From: Oscillospiraceae bacterium
GTDB taxonomy: Bacteria > Bacillota > Clostridia > Oscillospirales > Oscillospiraceae
Direction: 5' to 3'
Assembly (NCBI GenBank): GCA_902775985.1
Contig: CACYOR010000002.1
Span: 21,139-85,138, forward strand
Length of the DNA: 64,000 bases
Below the pieces are notes generated by a model, which saw only the letters and a program-made list of their open reading frames with translations, searched no databases and was not told where the DNA came from. This document shows, one piece after another, positions 45,626 through 53,061 of this stretch. Both the position numbers and the translations under genes were made by a program. Numbering within the stretch: position 1 is the stretch's first letter; each line of letters starts with the position of its first letter.

Positions 45626-46651
45626 ATGAAAGTACTGGTCACCGGCGGCGCCGGCTATATCGGAAGCCACACCTGTGTGGAACTGCTCAATCAGGGGCTG
45701 GACGTGGTCGTCATCGACAATCTGGTCAACTCCAGCGCCAAGGCCATCGAGCGCGTGGAAGAGATCACCGGCAAGCATGTCGACTTTTATCAGAACGACG
45801 TGCGCGACCGGGCCGCACTGGATCGAATCTTTGAAAAGCATGATATCGGCTGCGCCATTCACTTTGCCGGGCTCAAGGCCGTGGGCGAATCCGTGGCCAT
45901 GCCGCTGGAATACTACGACAACAACCTCTTCTCCACCGTCACTCTCTGCGAAGCCATGCGGGACCACGGTGTGAAAAACATCGTGTTCTCCTCCTCCGCC
46001 ACGGTCTATTCCGGCGATAACCAGATGCCGCTGCGGGAAACCTCCAACACCGGGCACTGCACCAACCCCTACGGCTGGACCAAATACATGTCCGAGCAGA
46101 TCCTCCGCGACACCGCCAAGGCCGTGGACGATTTCTCCGTGGCGCTGCTGCGCTACTTTAACCCCATCGGCGCCCACAGCAGCGGCATGATCGGCGAGGA
46201 TCCCCGGGGCATTCCCAACAACCTCATGCCCTTCATCGCCCAGGTGGCCGTCGGCCGCCGGGATCACCTGAACATCTTCGGCAACGACTATGACACTCAC
46301 GACGGCACCGGCGTGCGCGACTACATCCATGTGGTGGACCTGGCCCGCGGCCATGTCGCCGCCATCAAGTACATGCAGGATCACCGGGGTGAGAGCGTGT
46401 TCAACCTGGGCACCGGCACCGGCTACAGCGTGCTGGATATGGTCCACGCCTTTGAGCGCGTCACCGGCATCAAGATCCCCTATGAGATCGTGGACCGCCG
46501 TCCCGGCGATCTGGCCACGGTCTATTCCAGCCCCGACAAGAGCGCGGAGCTGCTGGGCTGGAAGGCCCAGTATAACCTGGACGATATGTGCCGCGACACC
46601 TGGGCCTGGCAGTCCAAGAACCCCATGGGCTACGGCAGCGTGGAGGATTGA
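45626..46651 (+). CDS. galE: UDP-glucose 4-epimerase
   Basis: 341 aa; VTGGAGYIGSH, SSSATVYG-like, YGWTK (YxxxK). Confidence 0.95.
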   Translation: MKVLVTGGAGYIGSHTCVELLNQGLDVVVIDNLVNSSAKAIERVEEITGKHVDFYQNDVRDRAALDRIFEKHDIGCAIHFAGLKAVGESVAMPLEYYDNNLFSTVTLCEAMRDHGVKNIVFSSSATVYSGDNQMPLRETSNTGHCTNPYGWTKYMSEQILRDTAKAVDDFSVALLRYFNPIGAHSSGMIGEDPRGIPNNLMPFIAQVAVGRRDHLNIFGNDYDTHDGTGVRDYIHVVDLARGHVAAIKYMQDHRGESVFNLGTGTGYSVLDMVHAFERVTGIKIPYEIVDRRPGDLATVYSSPDKSAELLGWKAQYNLDDMCRDTWAWQSKNPMGYGSVED

Positions 46652-46666
46652 TTTTGAACAGCACGA

Positions 46667-46705
46667 AAACCGGCCGCATCCGATCTGGATGCGGCCGATT
46701 TTCTG
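46667..46705. terminator. bidirectional terminator
   Basis: CGGCCGCATCC/GGATGCGGCCG stem with ATTTTCTG / GTTTTCG flanks. Confidence 0.8.
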
Positions 46706-46716
46706 TATATTATTCT

Positions 46717-47436
46717 TCATTCGCCATAGGGAGCATTCGGGTCGATGAAGCGGTCATGGCTCGCCGTACGCTTGGCCAGGCGATAGGCCGCCACGAACAG
46801 CACCGCCACAAAGGCGACAAACACCAGGCTCAGGCTCTCCCGCTGCTGGGTGGCGATAAAGTCATACAGACCGTGCAGCAGTGCCGGAAGCACCACCGCC
46901 ATGACGCGGCTGCGCCTGGCGTCTTCGGGATAGCCCCACATCTCCTGGCGCCTTGCCACACCGTACCAGACGCCCATAAACACGCCGAAGCAGGCATGCC
47001 CGGGGATGGCCGTGAGGGCGCGGGCCATGGCCGTGGCCAGACCATAGCGCAGCACATAACCGATGTTCTCCCAAATCGCAAAGCCAAGCGAGACAAAGAC
47101 CGCGTAGACCACGCCGTCGAACTGGCAGTTGAAGTGCGGGCTGCGCCAGGTCTGCTTCTTCAGGAGGAGATATTTGAAGCCCTCCTCCGAAAAGGCCACG
47201 ACGCCGAAATACAGGAGGAGTCTATAGGCCAGGCTTGCCTCCGGCAGGAAATAGGCCAGGATCAGATCCCCCAACTGCTCAGAAAGCGAGGCCAGCACCG
47301 TGGACAAAACGCCGAGAACCAGCAGTCCCAGCAGCAGCGAGACCGGCTCGCTCTCCAGGCGATCCAGCCGATAGATCCTCACCAGCAGGATCAAGGCGGG
47401 GATCACCGCCGCCGCAATCAAAATCGTCTCTACCAT
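46717..47436 (-). CDS. PrsW-family intramembrane metalloprotease
   Basis: start MVETILIAAAV with GGAGG SD, one nt after upstream stop; FSEEGFKYL (EExxK) and HACFGVFMG / HGLYDF motifs. Confidence 0.8.
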   Translation of the reverse strand: MVETILIAAAVIPALILLVRIYRLDRLESEPVSLLLGLLVLGVLSTVLASLSEQLGDLILAYFLPEASLAYRLLLYFGVVAFSEEGFKYLLLKKQTWRSPHFNCQFDGVVYAVFVSLGFAIWENIGYVLRYGLATAMARALTAIPGHACFGVFMGVWYGVARRQEMWGYPEDARRSRVMAVVLPALLHGLYDFIATQQRESLSLVFVAFVAVLFVAAYRLAKRTASHDRFIDPNAPYGE

Positions 47437-47437
47437 G

Positions 47438-47929
47438 TCAGACCTCCAGCTTGATACGCATGACCAGAATGGCCGCCAATACACCGATCACGACGCCGGC
47501 CAGAATACCGCTGAACATCAGGAAAGGCAGATAATAGCGCAGCACGTCCGTCCCCAGCAGGAAACAGGCCATGCCGATCTGCCCCACATTGTGGAGCACG
47601 CCGCCCGTCACGCTGACAGCGACCGAGGAAAAAAGCCCCGTGGCTTTTAATCCGATCATGCCCAACAGGCTCAGCACTGCGCCGGCCACGCTGTAAAAGA
47701 GCGTCGCGCCGGTGCCGAACAGCAGGGACACCAGGAACACCCTGATCAGCGAAACCACCGCCGCCTCTTTCCAGCCCAGCTTATAGAGCGCGAACACCAC
47801 CGCGATGTTGGCCAGGCCCATCTTCACACCGGGGATCGCCACGAAAGCGGGGATCTGGCTCTCCACAAAGGAGAGGATCATCGCCACGGCGATAGTCAAC
47901 GCCATGACCGTTACTTTTTTTGTTTTCAC
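47438..47929 (-). CDS. Gx transporter family membrane protein (formerly heptaprenyl diphosphate synthase component I-like)
   Basis: 163 aa, five TM helices, LSFVESQIP...GVKMGLANI signature. Confidence 0.78.
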   Translation of the reverse strand: MKTKKVTVMALTIAVAMILSFVESQIPAFVAIPGVKMGLANIAVVFALYKLGWKEAAVVSLIRVFLVSLLFGTGATLFYSVAGAVLSLLGMIGLKATGLFSSVAVSVTGGVLHNVGQIGMACFLLGTDVLRYYLPFLMFSGILAGVVIGVLAAILVMRIKLEV

Positions 47930-47941
47930 TCCGTGCTCCTC

Positions 47942-48310
47942 TCAGCCCGTGATCATATCCACAAGCTGCTCTCCGCCCTCCACCGTCACCGTGAGAAGGT
48001 TTGGCAGGCAGGTGATGACCTGGCCCGACATACTGATTTTCCCCATCAGCATACACACATGGTCCGGGCAGTCGGCCTCCTGTATCCAGGCCTCCCCCTT
48101 GTCGATGGCAAGGACATTGGTCCCGCCGTTGAGGGGATAGACCCCATTCTGATCCATGGCATAGCGGGCGACCTCCCGCCCGTCCACGCGCACGACGGCC
48201 CAGGTCCCCGCCTCGTCGGTTTTGCCGTATTGAAAATAGAGGATCCCGGTCAGCGCAAGGAGCACCGCGATCAGGAGCACGTCCATAAGAAGTCTTTTTC
48301 GTCTATCCAT
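47942..48310 (-). CDS. NusG domain II-containing membrane-anchored protein (DUF1312)
   Basis: start MDRRKRLLMDVLLIAV with AGGTGA SD; CPDHVC motif. Confidence 0.75.
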   Translation of the reverse strand: MDRRKRLLMDVLLIAVLLALTGILYFQYGKTDEAGTWAVVRVDGREVARYAMDQNGVYPLNGGTNVLAIDKGEAWIQEADCPDHVCMLMGKISMSGQVITCLPNLLTVTVEGGEQLVDMITG

Positions 48311-48374
48311 TGTTTCACCTGTATCATGTGTATTTTCTTTTATATTAAAACCTTTCCTTTTCCTCGTCAAGCGC

Positions 48375-48411
48375 AAAAAATCACCCCGGATGAATCTCTC
48401 ATCCGGGGTGA
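48375..48411 (-). terminator. intrinsic terminator after LysM gene
   Basis: TCACCCCGGATGA/TCATCCGGGGTGA 13-bp stem followed on the minus strand by TTTTTTGCG. Confidence 0.88.
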
Positions 48412-48430
48412 AACTCTGTTTTGCTTTCGA

Positions 48431-50050
48431 TCAGGCGTCCTTCAGAACGACAGTCACATACACGTTGTAGGCGGGCATGGAGAAGGTGAAGTTGGAGGAC
48501 ACAGAGACCAGATAGTTGCTGTTGATCTTGTTGTTGATCACTTCCTCCAGGGAGTTGGGCTTCACGGTCGAAACCATGATCTTGCTGATGACCTTGCCGG
48601 AGGGCAGCTTATCGAAGATCAGGCTGACGCTCTGGCCCGGCTCGGCCTGGTAGTTGGTGTAGCCGTTGACAACCGGCGTGACGGACAGCTGAGAGTTCTC
48701 ATAATTGATGATGTTGTGCGGGGTCTTGGTCTCGTCATACTTGAAGGTGACCACGATCTGCACGTCGCTGGCGGGCATCACGAAGTTGTTGTTGGCGTCC
48801 ACCGGGATATTGGCCCCGTTGGAGGTGCGGGTCACGGTGATCTTGTCCAGAGAATAGTAGTGGTCAGGAGTCGCAACCACGTGAACCGTCTGATTGTTGA
48901 CAGCGCCGTTAACGGACTGTCCATTCACCGTCAGGGAGTAGGTACCGTTCACAGAACCGGTCTTGTTCAGCGTATAGTAGGTGTTGCCTGCTGCGCCCGG
49001 AGTGACCGAGCCGCCCTGGCCGGGAACCACGCTGGAGCCGCCGCCGGAACCGCCGGCGCTGCCGCTCACAGGGAAGAGCAGGGTCTGACCCACCTTAATG
49101 GCAGCCAGATTGATGTTGTTGTTCAGCGCGGAGATCTTGTTGGCATTGGCCGCGTAGCTGATGCCGTAGGTCCGGCACAGCGCATCAACCGTATCACCGG
49201 AGACAACCTTGTGGGCAATGACCTTGGTGTAGGTGCCGGAGGTAGGAGCGGACATGCTGGGGATGGAGAGCTTCTGGCCGACGGTCAGGCGCGCCGCATT
49301 GGTGATGCCGTTGAGGCTCTGCACCGTGGCACTGTTGGCGCCATAGTAGTTGCAGATATTATAGAGCGTATCGCCGGACTTGACCACGTAGTCGATCAGG
49401 TAGTACTGAACAGTATCGCCTGCCAGGGTGGTGCCGGTGGTCGCCACGGCGGTGCCGGTGGTGACGGTGCCGGTCGTGGTGGTGGGCGTGGCGGTGTTCA
49501 GAGCCGGTGTGGTGCCAGGCGCGGGAAGCGTCAGCACGCGGCCGACCTTGAGGTTATTGTAGTTGGTGATGTTGTTGACCGTGGTGATCCAGTCATAGTT
49601 CTTATGGAAGTCGATGCCCAGTGTCTGGCAGACCTTCAGAACGGTGTCGCCGCTCTTCAAGGTATACTGAATGGTGGAGGCGCCGCCAGTATAGGTGGTG
49701 GTAGTGGTTGTCGGAGTGACAACAGTGCCGGTCGTCGTGGCAGTCGGCGTGGTGGTCGTTGTGGTCGTGGGGGCGACATACTTCAGCACCTTGCCCTCTT
49801 TCGGCAGGACCAGCGTCTGGCCCACAGAGAGGATATTGGGATTCTTCAGCTTATTGGTATTGACAATCCACTCTCTGTTGGCATTGAAATCAATCTTGTG
49901 ATCTGCGCAGATTTTGGACAGATAATCACCCTGCTGCACCGTGTAAACCCAGGTGTCCCCGTCATCTGCATAAGCCGTCACAGACAGGCCCGCAAACAGA
50001 CCTGCCACAACGCACAGGCAGAGCAGCAAACTAAGCAAACGTTTTTTCAT
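48431..50050 (-). CDS. secreted cell-wall-binding protein with four LysM domains and two C-terminal beta-sandwich-like repeats
   Basis: 539 aa; signal peptide MKKRLLSLLLCLCVVAGLFAGLSVTAYA; four Y(T/V)V(Q/K)SGDT...-type LysM modules separated by Thr-rich linkers. Confidence 0.88.
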   Translation of the reverse strand: MKKRLLSLLLCLCVVAGLFAGLSVTAYADDGDTWVYTVQQGDYLSKICADHKIDFNANREWIVNTNKLKNPNILSVGQTLVLPKEGKVLKYVAPTTTTTTTPTATTTGTVVTPTTTTTTYTGGASTIQYTLKSGDTVLKVCQTLGIDFHKNYDWITTVNNITNYNNLKVGRVLTLPAPGTTPALNTATPTTTTGTVTTGTAVATTGTTLAGDTVQYYLIDYVVKSGDTLYNICNYYGANSATVQSLNGITNAARLTVGQKLSIPSMSAPTSGTYTKVIAHKVVSGDTVDALCRTYGISYAANANKISALNNNINLAAIKVGQTLLFPVSGSAGGSGGGSSVVPGQGGSVTPGAAGNTYYTLNKTGSVNGTYSLTVNGQSVNGAVNNQTVHVVATPDHYYSLDKITVTRTSNGANIPVDANNNFVMPASDVQIVVTFKYDETKTPHNIINYENSQLSVTPVVNGYTNYQAEPGQSVSLIFDKLPSGKVISKIMVSTVKPNSLEEVINNKINSNYLVSVSSNFTFSMPAYNVYVTVVLKDA

Positions 50051-50160
50051 TCTGATATCCTCCCGACCGGCTTTCCCAAGCCGAATAATGTATATGATTA
50101 AGTCTGTTACCGTTATGTCATCGATTACAAATGGTTACATCCCAGGAACAGGTTAATTGC

Positions 50161-50189
50161 ATTATATGACATGTTGCCCGATATTGCAA
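50161..50189 (-). promoter_or_regulatory. LysM gene promoter (TTGCAA, 17 bp, TATAAT), implies a 5' UTR of about 105 nt
   Basis: consensus hexamers on minus strand. Confidence 0.6.
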
Positions 50190-50235
50190 GAGGGAAACGC
50201 AAAAATTTTTAAAAATTAAGAAATGTTTTTTCCGG

Positions 50236-50292
50236 TTATGGAAACCGGGCTTACAACATTATGGAAACTGACCATACAACATTATGGAAACT
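50236..50292 (+). repeat. three direct repeats of TTATGGAAAC phased every 23 nt (two extend to 18 nt TACAACATTATGGAAACT)
   Basis: copies at 50236-50245, 50259-50268, 50282-50291; 18-nt perfect copies at 50252-50269 and 50275-50292. Confidence 0.85.
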
Positions 50293-50338
50293 ATACTCCA
50301 TCCGTGCGAAGCGAACAAAATCGGACGGCGCTCCCGTT

Positions 50339-50367
50339 TTGACAAGCGAATCTCCTATGTGTATAAT
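50339..50367 (+). promoter_or_regulatory. yfcE-like gene promoter (TTGACA, 17 bp, TATAAT)
   Basis: perfect consensus hexamers. Confidence 0.7.
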
Positions 50368-50393
50368 AAAGGAAAACAGTGGGAGGTTTCGCT

Positions 50394-50939
50394 ATGCGAC
50401 TTGTTATCGCCTCGGACATTCACGGCTCTGCCCTCTATTGTGGCAAACTGCTGGAAGCTTTTCAGCGGGAAAACGCCGACAAACTGCTTCTTCTGGGGGA
50501 TCTGCTCTATCACGGACCGCGGAACGATCTGCCCAAGGGCTACGACCCCAAAACGGTGACGGCCCAGCTCAATGCCTGCGCGGACCGGATCCTCGCCGTC
50601 CGCGGCAACTGTGACGCGGAGATCGATCAAATGGTGCTCCACTTCCCCATTCTGGCCGACTATTGCCTGCTCTTTGCGGGCAGCCGCTGCTTCTTTGTCA
50701 CCCATGGGCATCTCTATCATACCGCATCTCTTCCGCCTCTGCAAGAGGGGGACATTCTTCTCCACGGCCACACCCATGTCCCCTGTTGGGAGGAATTCGG
50801 AAAGCGAAACCTCTATCTCAATCCCGGCTCCGTCTCGCTGCCAAAAAACGGCACGCCCCGCGGCTATATGCTGCTGGACGACGGACACATCGCCTGGAAG
50901 ACGCTGGAGAGCGAGAGCTACCACGAACTCTTACTATAA
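50394..50939 (+). CDS. yfcE: YfcE-family metallophosphoesterase
   Basis: start MRLVIASDIHGS with GGGAGG SD; DIHG, GDLLYHGPRN, GNCD, THGH, GHTH motifs. Confidence 0.88.
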   Translation: MRLVIASDIHGSALYCGKLLEAFQRENADKLLLLGDLLYHGPRNDLPKGYDPKTVTAQLNACADRILAVRGNCDAEIDQMVLHFPILADYCLLFAGSRCFFVTHGHLYHTASLPPLQEGDILLHGHTHVPCWEEFGKRNLYLNPGSVSLPKNGTPRGYMLLDDGHIAWKTLESESYHELLL

Positions 50940-50951
50940 CAAAAATGTTTG

Positions 50952-50983
50952 CGGCGGATCCGAAAGCGGATCCGCCGTTTTTA
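50952..50983. terminator. bidirectional terminator
   Basis: CGGCGGATCCG/CGGATCCGCCG stem then TTTTTACC. Confidence 0.8.
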
Positions 50984-51730
50984 CCCTTTTCGTTTGGCCC
51001 GCTTGTCCCGGATCTCCTCCAGCGCCTGCCGCGCCTCGCGCAGATGCTCGGCCAGAGGGCGGTCCGACTGGAAGGCCAGGAAGAAGTACACCCGCTGAGA
51101 GGCCCGCTCCCGCACGCTGCGGATGTGGGCTTTCAGGTCCTCGTAACGGACAATGACCCCATTTTCATCGGCAAACTTCTTCAGCCGCGCCAGCACATTG
51201 GCCGAATAGACCACGTCAATGACAAAGACGCCGAAGAAAAAACCGATAAAGAAAGAAAAGGCCAGATTCCGCGACAGCCAGGCCAGGGCGTTGAGGATGC
51301 GCGGATGGATAAAGAAATAGTACAGCGCGCCCAGCACCGCCCAGAAGAAGGAAAACAGCGGGCAGATCAGGCCCTGGATGTTGCCCCAGCATTGGCTGTA
51401 ATCCCAGAGGCGCACCTTGAAGCATTTCACGCTGATCAATCCCGCGATGTACTCAATCAGCGTCATGCTCACCGCCATCCCGAGAAACAGCAGCGCACGG
51501 CCCGCCGTGCTCGCTTCCAGGCCCCAACGCGTGCCGCCGACAGCCAGCAGATAGAGAATACACAGGCCACTGCCGTAGAGGGGCAGATAGGGCCCCACGC
51601 AGAAGCCGGGGTTGATCCACTTATGTTCCGGGTTTGAGCCGGAGAAGAACTTGCGGAAAAACAGCTCCAGCAGCCAGCCAAACACCGAGCCGAGGAAAAA
51701 CAGATAGGCCAGCACCAGCAAAAGATTCAT
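50981..51730 (-). CDS. polytopic membrane protein (DUF1113 / putative ABC-transporter type IV family)
   Basis: start MNLLLVLAYLFF with GGGAG SD; GWLLELFFRKFF...GPYLPLYG signature of the family. Confidence 0.72.
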   Translation of the reverse strand: MNLLLVLAYLFFLGSVFGWLLELFFRKFFSGSNPEHKWINPGFCVGPYLPLYGSGLCILYLLAVGGTRWGLEASTAGRALLFLGMAVSMTLIEYIAGLISVKCFKVRLWDYSQCWGNIQGLICPLFSFFWAVLGALYYFFIHPRILNALAWLSRNLAFSFFIGFFFGVFVIDVVYSANVLARLKKFADENGVIVRYEDLKAHIRSVRERASQRVYFFLAFQSDRPLAEHLREARQALEEIRDKRAKRKG

Positions 51731-51965
51731 CGCAACCACTCCCGATTCTTGATCACTCCTTTATATACTATTCTTATCCGCAAAAAACAAGACCGGACCC
51801 TCCGTTTTTCGACATGCCGCGCATTTTGCCCAGCACCGCTCTTCTTTCTCTCCTGCGTGTCCTTTTTCGCGTTTTTCTCATACACTGTGGTACAGGGATT
51901 CTCCCTGCATTTATCCGGCGCAGAAGGCTGCGTGCCTCCTGCGCTGTATCAGGAGGTCAAACACC

Positions 51966-52811
51966 TTGGCTGTGTTTTCCAACCAGGCCACCCTGTCCTA
52001 CACGGGCGGCACCATCAATTCCAACATTGCCAGCGGCGAGATCACGGAGGCACTCTCCGCGACCAAGACCGCCGTCTCTGCCAGCTATTCTCCGGACGGC
52101 ACGGTGAGCTATGCTGTCAGCATCGTCAACGCCGGGACGTCCGACGCCACCGGAGTCAGTCTGACCGATGATTTGGGTGCGGCGCTCTTTGAGGGGCAGA
52201 CCGTCTATCCGCTGCAGTATGTGGACGGCAGTCTTCTCTTCTTCCTTGACGGTGTCCAAGGCCCCGCTCCCACCGTCGCGGGCGGGCCTCCGCTGAGTGT
52301 CAGCGGGATCACAGTCCCCGCCGGCTCCAGCGTGATGCTGATCTACGAGGCACGGGTGAGTGCTTTTGCGCCTCTCGGCCCGGACGCCGCCATTACCAAC
52401 ACCATCACCGTCACCGGCGACTGCATCGTGACGCCGCTGACCGACTCGGCCAGTATCCCCATGCAGATGGCCCCGCGGTTGTCCATCGCCAAGTCGGTCA
52501 GTCCCGAGGTCGTCACCGGCTGCTCTGAGCTGAGCTATACCTTTGTTATCCAGAATTCCGGCAGCGAGGCCGGAGCGGAGGCCGCCGTCGTCATCACCGA
52601 CGTCTTTGATCCCATTCTCTCCGATCTCCGCGTCACACTGGACGGCGCCCCCATGGCCCGGGCCGCCTACAGCTACGACGAGGCCACCGGCACTTTCAGC
52701 ACGGCGGCCGGCCAGCTCCGTGTTCCCGGCGCTGTCTTTACCCAGAACGCCGACGGCAGCTGGATGACCACCCCCGGCATTACGGTCCTTACTGTCAGCG
52801 GAATTATCTAA
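51966..52811 (+). CDS. DUF11 (conserved repeat domain) protein, two repeats, no signal peptide
   Basis: 281 aa; TTG start 9 nt after AGGAGG; two copies of the ...SYTFVIQNSG / SYAVSIVNAGTSDATGV...TD... DUF11-type beta-sandwich pattern. Confidence 0.6.
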   Translation: MAVFSNQATLSYTGGTINSNIASGEITEALSATKTAVSASYSPDGTVSYAVSIVNAGTSDATGVSLTDDLGAALFEGQTVYPLQYVDGSLLFFLDGVQGPAPTVAGGPPLSVSGITVPAGSSVMLIYEARVSAFAPLGPDAAITNTITVTGDCIVTPLTDSASIPMQMAPRLSIAKSVSPEVVTGCSELSYTFVIQNSGSEAGAEAAVVITDVFDPILSDLRVTLDGAPMARAAYSYDEATGTFSTAAGQLRVPGAVFTQNADGSWMTTPGITVLTVSGII

Positions 52812-52820
52812 GCAAAGCAC

Positions 52821-52848
52821 AGAGGACGGAGATCCCTCTCCGCCCTCT
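52821..52848. repeat. 28-nt palindromic direct repeat, copy 1 (AGAGGACGGAGATCCCTCTCCGCCCTCT)
   Basis: 27/28 identical to 53011-53038; itself a hairpin. Confidence 0.85.
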
Positions 52849-52960
52849 CAAGCTGTCGGCAAAGTGTCGACAGCTTGAGACGCAAGAATAGGAACTTTCA
52901 AAAAAGTTCCCATTTTTGCATGAATCAAACTCGAGAGGGAATAACCAATCCCCTCTCGAG
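52847..52960. repeat. cluster of three further hairpins between the direct repeats
   Basis: CTCAAGCTGTCG/CGACAGCTTGAG (52847-52879), GGAACTTT/AAAGTTCC then CATTTTTG (52891-52917), CTCGAGAGGG/CCCTCTCGAG (52930-52960). Confidence 0.8.
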
Positions 52961-53010
52961 CTCTCCCCATGCGTATCCAAGCTTAACTATATGAGTTTGT
53001 CTACAGTCTG

Positions 53011-53038
53011 AGAGGACGGAGATCCCTCTCCGTCCTCT
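53011..53038. repeat. 28-nt palindromic direct repeat, copy 2 (perfect hairpin; may serve as terminator between convergent genes)
   Basis: AGAGGACGGAGA-TCCC-TCTCCGTCCTCT followed by ACTTTTAT. Confidence 0.85.
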
Positions 53039-53061
53039 ACTTTTATAGTATAGCAGTATTT

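Noticed and set aside
50051-50160. A possible c-di-AMP (ydaO) or other riboswitch in the 5' UTR (about 105 nt) of the LysM cell-wall gene.
   Set aside because: I could not find the conserved pseudo-two-fold ydaO features (the ACGGGGA/CCCA-type motifs) or any stable alternative terminator/antiterminator. The UTR is recorded only as long.
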